A stretch of 57,755 nucleotides of DNA from an uncultured Candidatus Saccharibacteria bacterium (GTDB lineage Bacteria > Patescibacteriota > Minisyncoccia > Phycocordibacterales > Phycocordibacteraceae). Shown here in pieces: positions 33,783-42,440 of the stretch (position 1 is its first letter; each line of letters opens with the position of its first letter). The notes under the pieces are model-generated. The model saw only the letters and a program-made list of their open reading frames with translations. It had not been told where the DNA came from and did not search any database. The DNA lies in assembly GCA_964593365.1 (NCBI GenBank), contig CAZQGQ010000001.1, positions 118,629-176,383 on the forward strand, given 5' to 3'. The translations under genes were made by a program, and so were the position numbers.

Positions 33783-35708
33783 ATGAATCTACGTACCTGG
33801 CTCGTCGGTGCCCTCGCAGTCGTCGTGTTTGCGTTCCCGTCAGCGTCGCAAGCCCAGACTCAGACCATCGCGCAGCTGCAAGCAATAATCGACCAGCTCT
33901 TGGCGCAAATCGCCGCGCTTCAGCAGGTACCGGAGACCACCGATGACACACCATTCTATTGGAACATTGATTCCGATCCTCTTACCGTCGAGTTCACGTA
34001 CACAATGAACCAGAAGAGGAGCTGCGACGGCGGTACCTACTACCTGTACTTCGGGGACGAGGACAAGCCAGGAGGCGAAGAACCGCAGATGCTGCAGTTC
34101 CCAGCAGATGCCTGCAATTCGTACGTGCAGCACACGGTGCATACCTATGATGAGCCGGGCACCTACACGGCAACCCTCTATGACAAGAAGGGATATAAAT
34201 TGCTAGACCGCGAGGTAGTCACCGTCGGAAGCTCAGCGCTCCAGGACGCAATCGAGGAAGCACAGGACGACCTTGATGACGCGTGGGATCTCCTTGATGA
34301 AGTCGAAGATGACGGAGGAGACGTCGATGACGCGCGAGAAACGCTCAATGATGCGGCAGACCTCATTGAAGATGCCGAGGACGCTATGAAGGATGAGGAT
34401 TACGGAGAAGTGTACGATCTTATCGACGAGGCGCAGGAGCTCATCGACCGCGCAGTTGGAATGCTTGAGCAGGGAGACGATAACAACAACAGCAACTTCG
34501 AAGACCTCACCATGAAAGTGACGCCTATCGAAGGCGTTGCGCCTCTTACCGTTCGTTCCGAGGTCACCGTGAAGATGAAGAAGTTCAGCTGCGGCCCGGT
34601 CCCGTTTGGCACCATTGATTGGGACGACGGCACTACTGACCGCTTGGTTGCAGAGCGAAGCCTTATTGGCTGCGGCACCACATTGACCGACACGGTCTCG
34701 CACACCTACACCCGCAATGGGACTTATGACGTACATGCTGAGAGCTCTGACCATGAATACTCTTCCATCCAGGACGTGACTGTCGAGCGCGTGCGAAACG
34801 AGGGACTTACCTCCTGCTCGGTAACAGCAAGCAAGAGTCGCGTGAATCCTAAGGAATCAGTCGTCCTTACGTGGACCAGCCAGTACGCTTCGTCCATGTC
34901 CTCGTGGTCGGGCGACAAGGTCGACACCAGTGGCAGCATGACGGTTCGACCGACTACCACGACAACCTACAGCTTTACGGCCTTCGGCTCGGTAAGTGGG
35001 AATGGGAAGAGCAACTGCTCTACCACGGTCCATGTAGAAACCGAGACACCGCGTCCGGTGAAAGTATTGAGCTTCACCTCGGCACAAGCCACGAGCCCGA
35101 GCCAGTCGGTCATGCTCCAATGGAACTCTCAGCATGCGCAAAGCTGTGACCTGCGGGTTGTGAGCCCATCGAGCCAGGCGCGCTACATTGCTTCGCTCGC
35201 GACGCAGGGAAGCTATAACGTGTATCCAAACGTATCCACGACGTACAACCTATACTGCTCGAGACTCGCACCTGACGGATACACCCAAGAATCAGCTGAT
35301 GGCAAAGATCTTACGGTGAAAGTCGTTGGCGGCGAGACACCGCGTCCTCCAACTGCAGCGACGACTCCAACCGTAACCTTCACTGGCATGCCGCGCATAG
35401 TTCAGGCAGGTCAAGCAGCAACGCTGAGCTGGACGAGCACGAATGCTACGAGCTGCACCGTAAACTCAAGTGACGGCTTGAGCTGGAACGTCGGCACAAG
35501 CGACAGCATGTCGGTATATCCGTACGCGGAGACAACGTATACGTTGAGCTGCGTGAACGGTACGAACGGACCAACGGCATCCAAGAGCGTGACGCTCAGG
35601 GTCAATGAGCGCTTTGACCGAGGCCAGCTCGAGGCGTCTGCCCTAAGCGCCATAGAAGGACAGCTTGCTGAGATCAAGAAGCAGATCGAAGCATTGTTCG
35701 GTCGCTAA
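33783..35708 (+). CDS. large secreted repeat protein (2 PKD-like + 4 Ig-like repeats, acidic helical linker, coiled-coil ends)
   Basis: Signal peptide is MNLRTWLVGALAVVVFAFPSASQA. PKD-like motifs are HTVHTYDEPGTYTATLYD and VSHTYTRNGTYDVH. There are four ~90-aa repeats with the pattern ...W(T/N)S..A(S/T)SC......G(S/D)..V.P...TTY.(F/L). The track start at 33516 is an upstream over-extension. Confidence 0.8.
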   Translation: MNLRTWLVGALAVVVFAFPSASQAQTQTIAQLQAIIDQLLAQIAALQQVPETTDDTPFYWNIDSDPLTVEFTYTMNQKRSCDGGTYYLYFGDEDKPGGEEPQMLQFPADACNSYVQHTVHTYDEPGTYTATLYDKKGYKLLDREVVTVGSSALQDAIEEAQDDLDDAWDLLDEVEDDGGDVDDARETLNDAADLIEDAEDAMKDEDYGEVYDLIDEAQELIDRAVGMLEQGDDNNNSNFEDLTMKVTPIEGVAPLTVRSEVTVKMKKFSCGPVPFGTIDWDDGTTDRLVAERSLIGCGTTLTDTVSHTYTRNGTYDVHAESSDHEYSSIQDVTVERVRNEGLTSCSVTASKSRVNPKESVVLTWTSQYASSMSSWSGDKVDTSGSMTVRPTTTTTYSFTAFGSVSGNGKSNCSTTVHVETETPRPVKVLSFTSAQATSPSQSVMLQWNSQHAQSCDLRVVSPSSQARYIASLATQGSYNVYPNVSTTYNLYCSRLAPDGYTQESADGKDLTVKVVGGETPRPPTAATTPTVTFTGMPRIVQAGQAATLSWTSTNATSCTVNSSDGLSWNVGTSDSMSVYPYAETTYTLSCVNGTNGPTASKSVTLRVNERFDRGQLEASALSAIEGQLAEIKKQIEALFGR

Positions 35709-35719
35709 AGACCTCTCTA

Positions 35720-35755
35720 ACAAACCCGCGAAGACACTGTTCTTCGCGGGTTTGT
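35720..35755 (+). terminator. intrinsic terminator after the repeat-protein gene
   Basis: Perfect 15-bp stem AACAAACCCGCGAAGA.../...TCTTCGCGGGTTTGT with a 6-nt loop. Confidence 0.7.
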
Positions 35756-35763
35756 GCGACCCC

Positions 35764-35772
35764 TGGTAGTAT
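35764..35772 (+). promoter_or_regulatory. extended -10 (TGgTAGTAT) 8 nt before malic-enzyme ATG
   Basis: Sequence CCCTGGTAGTATgtccacttATG. Confidence 0.45.
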
Positions 35773-35780
35773 GTCCACTT

Positions 35781-36911
35781 ATGAACTCTGATGACATCCT
35801 CGCCGCATACAGACAAGTAGGCGGACGAATCGAGACGAAGGCAAAGGTCACGCTTTCTAAGAAAGAAGACCTTTCCCTCTATTACACTCCTGGCGTTGGC
35901 ACGGTCTCAACGCATCTGGCAAAGCATCCGGAAGACGCGCGCGAACTTTCCGTGAAAGCAAACAGCGTGGCGGTCGTGTCAGACGGCTCTGCGGTCCTTG
36001 GCCTTGGGAACATCGGTCCGTATGGCGCGCTTCCAGTGATGGAAGGAAAGGCGCTCATCTTCAAGGAGTTCGCGGGCATCGATGCCTGGCCGCTTGTGCT
36101 TGATACGCAGGACCCTGAGAAGATCATCGAGATAGTACTTGCGATCGCTCCTTCGTTTGGCGGGATCAACCTTGAAGACATCAAGGCGCCCGAGTGCTTT
36201 GAGATCGAACGCCGCCTTATCGAAAAGCTTGATATTCCCGTCATGCATGACGACCAGCACGGAACGGCGATCGTCGTGCTCGCTGGTCTTATAAACGCAG
36301 CAAAAGTAGTTCAGAAAGAACTCACTGCCCTGAAGGTTGTCATCGCGGGAGCGGGAGCTGCAGGAGCAGCAACGGCGCATCTTCTAGTGGCACACGGCAT
36401 CAAGGACGTCGTTGTCGTTGATCGCACCGGCGCCATATACGAGGACCGAGCAGATTTGAATAATCATAAGCGCGCGCTTGCAAGCGCTACGAACCCACGT
36501 GGCGTTACCGGTGAGCTTAGTGACGCGCTTAAAGGTGCGGACGCAGTTATCGGACTCTCGGGAGCAGGCAGCCTCTCGAAAGAGCTGGTGGAGACAATGG
36601 CCGCGCGCTCAATCGTGTTCGCACTCGCTAATCCCGTTCCTGAGATCATGCCGGACGAGGCGAAGGCCGCCGGAGCAGAAGTGGTCGCAACAGGGCGCTC
36701 TGATTTCCCCAACCAGATCAATAACGCGCTCGTGTTCCCAGGCGTGTTTCGCGGAGCGTTAGACAAGCGCGTGCGCCGCATCACTGACGACATGAAGCTG
36801 AAAGCCGCTGATGCGCTCGCTTCCCTGGTTACGACACCTACAAAGGATTGCATCATTCCCGACGTGTTTGATAAGAAAGTAGTGCAGACAATCGCCGCCG
36901 CGATTACCTAG
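35781..36911 (+). CDS. maeA: NAD(P)-dependent malic enzyme (short form)
   Basis: Contains LSLYYTPGVG, SDGSAVLGLGNIGPYGALPVMEGKALIFKEFAGIDA, INLEDIKAPECFEIE and the Rossmann motif IAGAGAAG. The gene symbol is used loosely for malic enzyme. Confidence 0.9.
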   Translation: MNSDDILAAYRQVGGRIETKAKVTLSKKEDLSLYYTPGVGTVSTHLAKHPEDARELSVKANSVAVVSDGSAVLGLGNIGPYGALPVMEGKALIFKEFAGIDAWPLVLDTQDPEKIIEIVLAIAPSFGGINLEDIKAPECFEIERRLIEKLDIPVMHDDQHGTAIVVLAGLINAAKVVQKELTALKVVIAGAGAAGAATAHLLVAHGIKDVVVVDRTGAIYEDRADLNNHKRALASATNPRGVTGELSDALKGADAVIGLSGAGSLSKELVETMAARSIVFALANPVPEIMPDEAKAAGAEVVATGRSDFPNQINNALVFPGVFRGALDKRVRRITDDMKLKAADALASLVTTPTKDCIIPDVFDKKVVQTIAAAIT

Positions 36912-36917
36912 GAACCA

Positions 36918-37583
36918 TCAACCCCGCACGCGGTGCGAATTCACCGCGTTATGCGCAAGTCGTGTCGGCTCGGGAATGCGGTGCTTTCGGACGCAGGAAC
37001 GAACGATATCGAGCGACTCCTCAAGCGTTATCTTATGGCCGGGAGACACGAACACGGGCTTCACGTTCCGCTTGGTTCGAAGCGCGACACCCATGACTTC
37101 GTCGGTAAGGCGGTCGCGAAGCATGGTTGTTGATCCTGGTTCTTGTTCTGGTTCGTCATACATGCCTACCAATACGCTCTTAGCGCAACCGATGGTTGGG
37201 ATGTTCAGCACGATTCCGAGGTGTGATGCGATCCCCAGCCGGCGCGGATGCGCGATCCCGACGCCATCGACCACAAGCACGTCCGGCTTCTGGGGAAGCA
37301 GCTCCCACGCGCGAAGCAGCATGGGAATCTCGCGAAACGAAAGAAGTCCGGGGATGTAGGGGAAGGGGATGTCGCCTTTGACGACAGATTCCCCGAGAGG
37401 CTCGAGCGCAGGGTACGAGAGCGTTACAAAACCTGCGAACCCCTCCTTGGCGAACATGTTCATGGAAACGTCGCAGCCGCCGATGATGCTCGGGGCTTTC
37501 TCAAGCGGGGTAAGGCGCACCTGGTCCTTCAGCCGCTTTTGTATCTCGACTGCTTCTTTGGGAGTGACATTCCATTCGCTCAT
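36918..37583 (-). CDS. nfi: endonuclease V
   Basis: 221 aa containing IGGCDVS, IPFPYIPGLLSFREIP, LVVDGVGIAHPRRLGIASHLG and IGCAKS. Confidence 0.92.
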   Translation of the reverse strand: MSEWNVTPKEAVEIQKRLKDQVRLTPLEKAPSIIGGCDVSMNMFAKEGFAGFVTLSYPALEPLGESVVKGDIPFPYIPGLLSFREIPMLLRAWELLPQKPDVLVVDGVGIAHPRRLGIASHLGIVLNIPTIGCAKSVLVGMYDEPEQEPGSTTMLRDRLTDEVMGVALRTKRNVKPVFVSPGHKITLEESLDIVRSCVRKHRIPEPTRLAHNAVNSHRVRG

Positions 37584-37629
37584 ACGTGCACGCTAGAGGT
37601 TCTTGCGTGTGCGTATGATGAACGAAGGT

Positions 37630-39876
37630 TCAGGCCTTGGGGATCGTGAAGTAGAACGTGCTTCCTTTCCCGGGTTCGCTTGCCTCAAGACCGATCTCTC
37701 CTCCCATAGCAACGACGATGAGCTTCGAGATATAGAGGCCAAGGCCGGTGCTTTCCGAACCATGGCGCGAGAGAAGATCGTCCCCGGCTTGCTGGAACTT
37801 CCTGAAGAGAAGCGACTGGTTGCGCTCTGCAACGCCAAGGCCCGTATCGGTAACGCGCACCCGGACCATCCTGTCCTCGACAACAAGCATGACCGTTATG
37901 CCGCCCGTCTCTGTGAACTTGATCGCGTTTCCAACGAGGTTCGTGAGCACCTGCTCGATGCGCACCCTGTCTCCCGTAACCTGGATGGGCTCACTCGGCT
38001 CAACGAACGTAAGGGAGAGCCCTTTCTGGGTCGCGAGTCCGCCAAGGTCGCGGAGCGCTTCATTGATCGGAGTGCGGATATCGAAGGCCGCATGTCCCAT
38101 CTCTATCTTTCCTTGCTCAAAGCTCGAAGCTTCCAAGAAGTCGTTGACGATGCTGATCAGCCGCTCGCTCGAGGAGCCGATGTCTTCGAGCATGGTGCGC
38201 GCCTCTGACGTTGGCAGCTGGTCCTTATACGTCTTCAAGAGAAGCTCGGTGTTCCAGCGTATTGCGGTAAGGGGAGTGCGAAGCTCATGGGAGGCGATCG
38301 TGAAGAATTCCTCGCGGCTTCGCTCGGCGATCTTGGCTTCGGTAATATCCTCGACGATGAGCACGTACCCGATTACGTCCCCGGTGTCAGGGAGAATGGG
38401 TACGGATACTATCTTCAGGATCTTCGTGCCGTACGCAACGTTATCTTTCTCGCTGGCCGTCTTCCCGGAAATGGATGCCTGGCCTAAGGCAGTCACGTCA
38501 ACGGCAGGAATCACGCGTGCGATATCTGCGACGGACACAGGGGCAGCTGAGAGATTCAATATGCGAGTCAGGGCTGGGTTATGGACGATGACGTCGTTAC
38601 GTGGGCTTGCGATCACGAATCCGAACGAAAGGCTGTTGATGGAAGCAAGCAATCGCGCCTTCTCGTCTCGAAGTTCCTGCGTTCGAATGCGCACCATCTC
38701 TTCGGCCCGCTCCTTGCCGGCAGTGATTTCATTTCGAGATACGGAAAGCCAGGTAAGCATCTGGTTTATCTTGCCTGCAAGCTTCCCGATCTCGTCTTGC
38801 ACGCCTCCTTGGACCCGCACCGAGAGGCTCTGCGCCGTATTGATATTCTCCACTTCCTTGGTGAGCCGTACGAATCTAGAAATCACGAGCACATCAAGCA
38901 GCCACAAGATGCCAACGCCAAACAAGATAAGCGCGACGGCGCTGATCGCCATGAAGACATAGAAGGACAGGAAGCCCTGCGCATAGATGGGGCGCGCTGT
39001 CTCAACTTTAAGTACGAGGATAGGCTCTCCATACAGGCCCTTCAGAAGCGTGTATCCGGCGATGGTTTCTCGTGAGAGAGGCGTCACCACGTACTCAACG
39101 CCCGTGCGAAGCTCAGCTTCTGCCTGGCGTATCTCTTCGGGATTCTCGCCGCCATAGGGATACACGCTTATCGAAAGATGCGTTATGTCGCTTAGCTCCG
39201 CTATCTTCCTCTCGTCCAGGTACCGGCTGAAGGTCAAGGCACCTGTCGAAGGGCCAAGGCCTTCGCTTGTCTTTAGGGGAAGGGAGACGACGATCAGGGG
39301 ACCTTGCGGAAGCATCGCAATGCCTTGCATCTTCGCGTCGAGTGTCTCGAATCTCGTGAGTTCGGGGTGCGCTTCAAAATAAGCTCGCAGGTCGTCTGCA
39401 GGAACCTCGACGCGCTCTTCGATATCAACTGCCAAGAGCAAGACGACTTCACCTTCCGTATCCGTGAACAGCATGCTGTTGATGTCGAGGTTCGCAAGAC
39501 CGGTAGGGTAGATGGTCTCAGCGGCCCATGCCGGATCCCGATCACGTGCGTACTCGTACGCCTCGTCCCATGCCGCCCAGTCGGAGAGCTTGATGAGCTG
39601 CTGCCGTGAGAATTCCTGTATGGCATCTGTTGCGCGCCCGACGTCCTTCGCGACTTCCTCCCGCTCGATTTCCAAATAACTTTCGAACAACACTTCTCGC
39701 GAGATGGCGAAGATGACGATGGAGAGCGTGACGACGCTCACGACGACTGCGCCGAGTATCTTTAAGCGAACTGAGAGCGGGGTGCGTGGGTCCACAATAA
39801 AGGAGTCTTCCTGCGCTAAAGTATACGCGCTTAGCGCTAGAGATGACACAATCCGCCTGTTCCTTGCGGAAGGCAT
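37630..39876 (-). CDS. sensor histidine kinase (TM - CHASE4-like ectodomain - TM - HAMP - PAS - HisKA - HATPase)
   Basis: 748 aa. H-box is FFTIASHELRTPLTAI, N-box is NLVGNAIKFT, and the G-boxes are DTGLGV and GLGLYISK. The periplasmic segment contains the motif DWAAWDEAYEY, which is typical of CHASE4. Confidence 0.88.
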   Translation of the reverse strand: MPSARNRRIVSSLALSAYTLAQEDSFIVDPRTPLSVRLKILGAVVVSVVTLSIVIFAISREVLFESYLEIEREEVAKDVGRATDAIQEFSRQQLIKLSDWAAWDEAYEYARDRDPAWAAETIYPTGLANLDINSMLFTDTEGEVVLLLAVDIEERVEVPADDLRAYFEAHPELTRFETLDAKMQGIAMLPQGPLIVVSLPLKTSEGLGPSTGALTFSRYLDERKIAELSDITHLSISVYPYGGENPEEIRQAEAELRTGVEYVVTPLSRETIAGYTLLKGLYGEPILVLKVETARPIYAQGFLSFYVFMAISAVALILFGVGILWLLDVLVISRFVRLTKEVENINTAQSLSVRVQGGVQDEIGKLAGKINQMLTWLSVSRNEITAGKERAEEMVRIRTQELRDEKARLLASINSLSFGFVIASPRNDVIVHNPALTRILNLSAAPVSVADIARVIPAVDVTALGQASISGKTASEKDNVAYGTKILKIVSVPILPDTGDVIGYVLIVEDITEAKIAERSREEFFTIASHELRTPLTAIRWNTELLLKTYKDQLPTSEARTMLEDIGSSSERLISIVNDFLEASSFEQGKIEMGHAAFDIRTPINEALRDLGGLATQKGLSLTFVEPSEPIQVTGDRVRIEQVLTNLVGNAIKFTETGGITVMLVVEDRMVRVRVTDTGLGVAERNQSLLFRKFQQAGDDLLSRHGSESTGLGLYISKLIVVAMGGEIGLEASEPGKGSTFYFTIPKA

Positions 39877-39952
39877 ACACGTAATACCCAGGAAGGCGTG
39901 GCGTTATGCGCAGGCATAGCTATACTTCCCCTGTACTTATAGCCATTACCGT

Positions 39953-40531
39953 ATGCAAAAGATCGTCACTTCGTTTCTCCTCGCTGCTGTGCTCCTTACG
40001 GGCATGCCCGTATCCGCGCAGACAGGGAGCTCTCTCACTCCTGCCCAGCAGGAAAAGGTAGACCAGATTGAGCAGACTCTCGCAGCAGACCAGAATCACC
40101 CGCTCAACCGCTTGTGGCAGCTCATCACGCATACGTCCCTCACGGGAATGTTTATTGACCGCGTGTGGACCATGTTCCAGAACTATCGCGTTCAACGGGC
40201 ATACGATCGCGCAACCGACTTGAAGCAGGATCGTGTTAACAACACGATCAAGGAGAGCAATGTACGAAGCGGTGTTGAAACTAAAGATGGCCGGACTCCC
40301 GCACAGACCGTGCCAAAGCCCAATCCAACTCGACCCGCTAGCTCGCCGATAAAAAGCACCGGCTCCTCCGTAGGCGGTGGTGGTTCTGCTGTTCCTTCAT
40401 CTTCTATGCCGGAGAAGAAAATACCGGATGAGGAAGAGGACGTGAAGCAGAAGACTGGCAGCGCAGCAATCACCGCGATTGAGAGCACCACTAGCCCGCT
40501 AATGTGGCTCCAGGGACTCCTCGGTTGGTAA
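39953..40531 (+). CDS. secreted hypothetical protein (192 aa)
   Basis: Signal peptide is MQKIVTSFLLAAVLLTGMPVSAQ. The central region is low-complexity Pro/Ser/Gly. No motif recognised. Confidence 0.55.
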   Translation: MQKIVTSFLLAAVLLTGMPVSAQTGSSLTPAQQEKVDQIEQTLAADQNHPLNRLWQLITHTSLTGMFIDRVWTMFQNYRVQRAYDRATDLKQDRVNNTIKESNVRSGVETKDGRTPAQTVPKPNPTRPASSPIKSTGSSVGGGGSAVPSSSMPEKKIPDEEEDVKQKTGSAAITAIESTTSPLMWLQGLLGW

Positions 40532-40541
40532 CAACGTAAGG

Positions 40542-40628
40542 CGGAGACGGAGGGATTCGAACCCTCGAGGGCCTTTCAGCCCTGCCTCGTTAGCAGTGAG
40601 GTACTTTCGACCACTCAGCCACGTCTCC
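40542..40628 (-). tRNA. tRNA-Ser, anticodon GCU
   Basis: The minus strand reads GGAGACG-TG-GCT-GAGTGGTCGAA-AGT-A-CCTCA-CTGCTAA-CGAGG-(long variable arm CAGGGCTGAAAGGCCCTC)-GAGGG-TTCGAAT-CCCTC-CGTCTCC-G. This is a class II tRNA with discriminator G. Confidence 0.9.
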
Positions 40629-40656
40629 TTGTGAGTACCAAGTTATCATTTTCGCC

Positions 40657-41283
40657 CTAATGCGCCAATGCAAGCGGGATGATACGTCTCGCGCCTGCCT
40701 GCACGAGTGCGTCGACTGCCGCGGCAAGGGTAGTGCCCGTTGTCGTCACGTCGTCCACCACTATATAGGTATGCGCCCCGTCGACTGCCTGCGCGCTATA
40801 CGCTCCCGAAAGGTTTTTCCGCCGCAACGATCCCGTGAGCGCAGACTGCGCTTCGGTATGTCGTGTACGCATAAGGATGTCTGTGCGTAGGGAAAGTAAG
40901 GGTAACTGTTGAAGTGCTTCGCTACAGATACGCTCCACTTGGTTGTATCCGCGTTCCTCCAAGCGCTCTTTGGAGAGCGGAACTGGCACCAGGAGTACGG
41001 TTTCGCCTGACGGTTCCTCGCTCAGGTACTCGAGTAGGAAGTCGGCAAGTGCGTTTCCAAGGAGAGCCTGTGCCTTTGTGTTCCCATGGAACTTCGCTTC
41101 TCGGATAAGGGAGCGCACAAGCGTGTCGTTGTATGAAAAAAGTATGATGGTCGGGAAGGGATGCGAGGGAAGCGTGGTCGGAGCAAGCAGTGCGCCAAGA
41201 TCTTCAGCATGCATGCCGTCAATTTCGCGCTTCGAGCGGCGCGGAGGAAGAATGGCGTCCAAAATAAACGAGAGAGCGTTCAT
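40657..41283 (-). CDS. comF: ComF-family phosphoribosyltransferase-domain competence protein
   Basis: 208 aa with the PRT motif YIVVDDVTTTGTTL. Also contains VPVPLSKERLEERGYNQ. It is divergent from pilM. Confidence 0.85.
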   Translation of the reverse strand: MNALSFILDAILPPRRSKREIDGMHAEDLGALLAPTTLPSHPFPTIILFSYNDTLVRSLIREAKFHGNTKAQALLGNALADFLLEYLSEEPSGETVLLVPVPLSKERLEERGYNQVERICSEALQQLPLLSLRTDILMRTRHTEAQSALTGSLRRKNLSGAYSAQAVDGAHTYIVVDDVTTTGTTLAAAVDALVQAGARRIIPLALAH

Positions 41284-41290
41284 GCCCTTA

Positions 41291-41299
41291 TGCTACACT
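41291..41299 (+). promoter_or_regulatory. extended -10 (TGcTACACT) 8 nt before pilM ATG
   Basis: Sequence TTATGCTACACTctttctatATG. It lies in the 24-nt gap between the divergent comF and pilM start codons. Confidence 0.4.
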
Positions 41300-41307
41300 C
41301 TTTCTAT

Positions 41308-42393
41308 ATGGGGTTCCTCTCCGGCATGTTCGGAAAGAAGACAAGTAAGAGCGTTATCGGCATCGATGTCGGTTCGTCGTCGTTGAAAGTGGTCCAGCTT
41401 CGCCGCGAAGGAGGCACGGCGATACTTGAAACGTATGGGGAAATCGCCCTTGGACCTGCTGCTGGCGCCGAAGTCGGGCAGGCAACCAATCTCCCGGCCG
41501 AAAAGATCGCAGAAGCTCTGAAAGATCTCCTTCGAGAGGCGAATGTGACCACGAAAGACGCTGGCATCTCAATCCCGTTCTCTCGCTCCCTCCTCACGCT
41601 GGTTGAACTTCCGCGCCGTCAGAACCCTGAAGAGCAAAAGACCGTCATATCACTCGAAGCACGCAAGTATATTCCCGTGCCGATCTCAGAAGTGCAGCTT
41701 GATTGGTTCATCGTGCCTGACATGCTTCCTGAAAACGCTGAGCTTCCTTCGAAGGTGAAGGTGCTATTGGTTGCCGTACATAACGACGAGCTCACACTCT
41801 TGCAGCAGGTGGTGCAGGCGTCAGACGTCAACGCGACTTTTTATGAGATCGAGATCTTCAGCACTATCCGTTCCGTCGTTGATGAGCCTATCAAGCCGGT
41901 GCTCGTGATTGACATCGGCGCATCAGCGACGAAAGTGTACGTGGTCGAGCGAGGAGTCGTCGCGCTCTCGCATGTCATACGACAAGGCGGACAGGATGTG
42001 ACGCGAACGATCGCGACGGCGCACGGGTTTCCCGTTGCGCAGGCTGAGCTTTTGAAAAAGCAGCACGGGTTTGGGAACGGCGACTCGCCGTATGGCAAAG
42101 AAGCGATCGAGATCGTCTTCTCGCGCATCTTCAGCGAAGCGAAGCGCGTCCTGTCAAAGTACGAGACGGTAAGCCAGAAAGCAGTCTCATCGCTCGTGTT
42201 GACTGGCGGCGGGGGAGTGACCAAGGAGCTCGCCAAATACGCAGAGCCCATCTTCTCGCTTGAGGTGCGAGTGGCAGATCCCTTCGGCAAAACCTCAGCT
42301 CCGGCCTTCATGCGCCCCGTCTTATCTGAGATTGGTCCTGAGTTTGCGGTAGCGGTCGGACTTGCCCTTCGCAAGCTCGAAGAGCTTGGCTAG
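41308..42393 (+). CDS. pilM: type IV pilus assembly protein PilM (actin-like ATPase fold)
   Basis: Starts MGFLSGMFGKKTSKSVIGIDVGSSSLKVVQL and later contains VIDIGASATKVYVV and LTGGG. The track start at 41161 overlaps comF. Confidence 0.88.
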   Translation: MGFLSGMFGKKTSKSVIGIDVGSSSLKVVQLRREGGTAILETYGEIALGPAAGAEVGQATNLPAEKIAEALKDLLREANVTTKDAGISIPFSRSLLTLVELPRRQNPEEQKTVISLEARKYIPVPISEVQLDWFIVPDMLPENAELPSKVKVLLVAVHNDELTLLQQVVQASDVNATFYEIEIFSTIRSVVDEPIKPVLVIDIGASATKVYVVERGVVALSHVIRQGGQDVTRTIATAHGFPVAQAELLKKQHGFGNGDSPYGKEAIEIVFSRIFSEAKRVLSKYETVSQKAVSSLVLTGGGGVTKELAKYAEPIFSLEVRVADPFGKTSAPAFMRPVLSEIGPEFAVAVGLALRKLEELG

Positions 42394-42440
42394 CAGGATA
42401 TGTGCATAAAGCACAGAAATCCTTGCACTAAGAGCCTATA

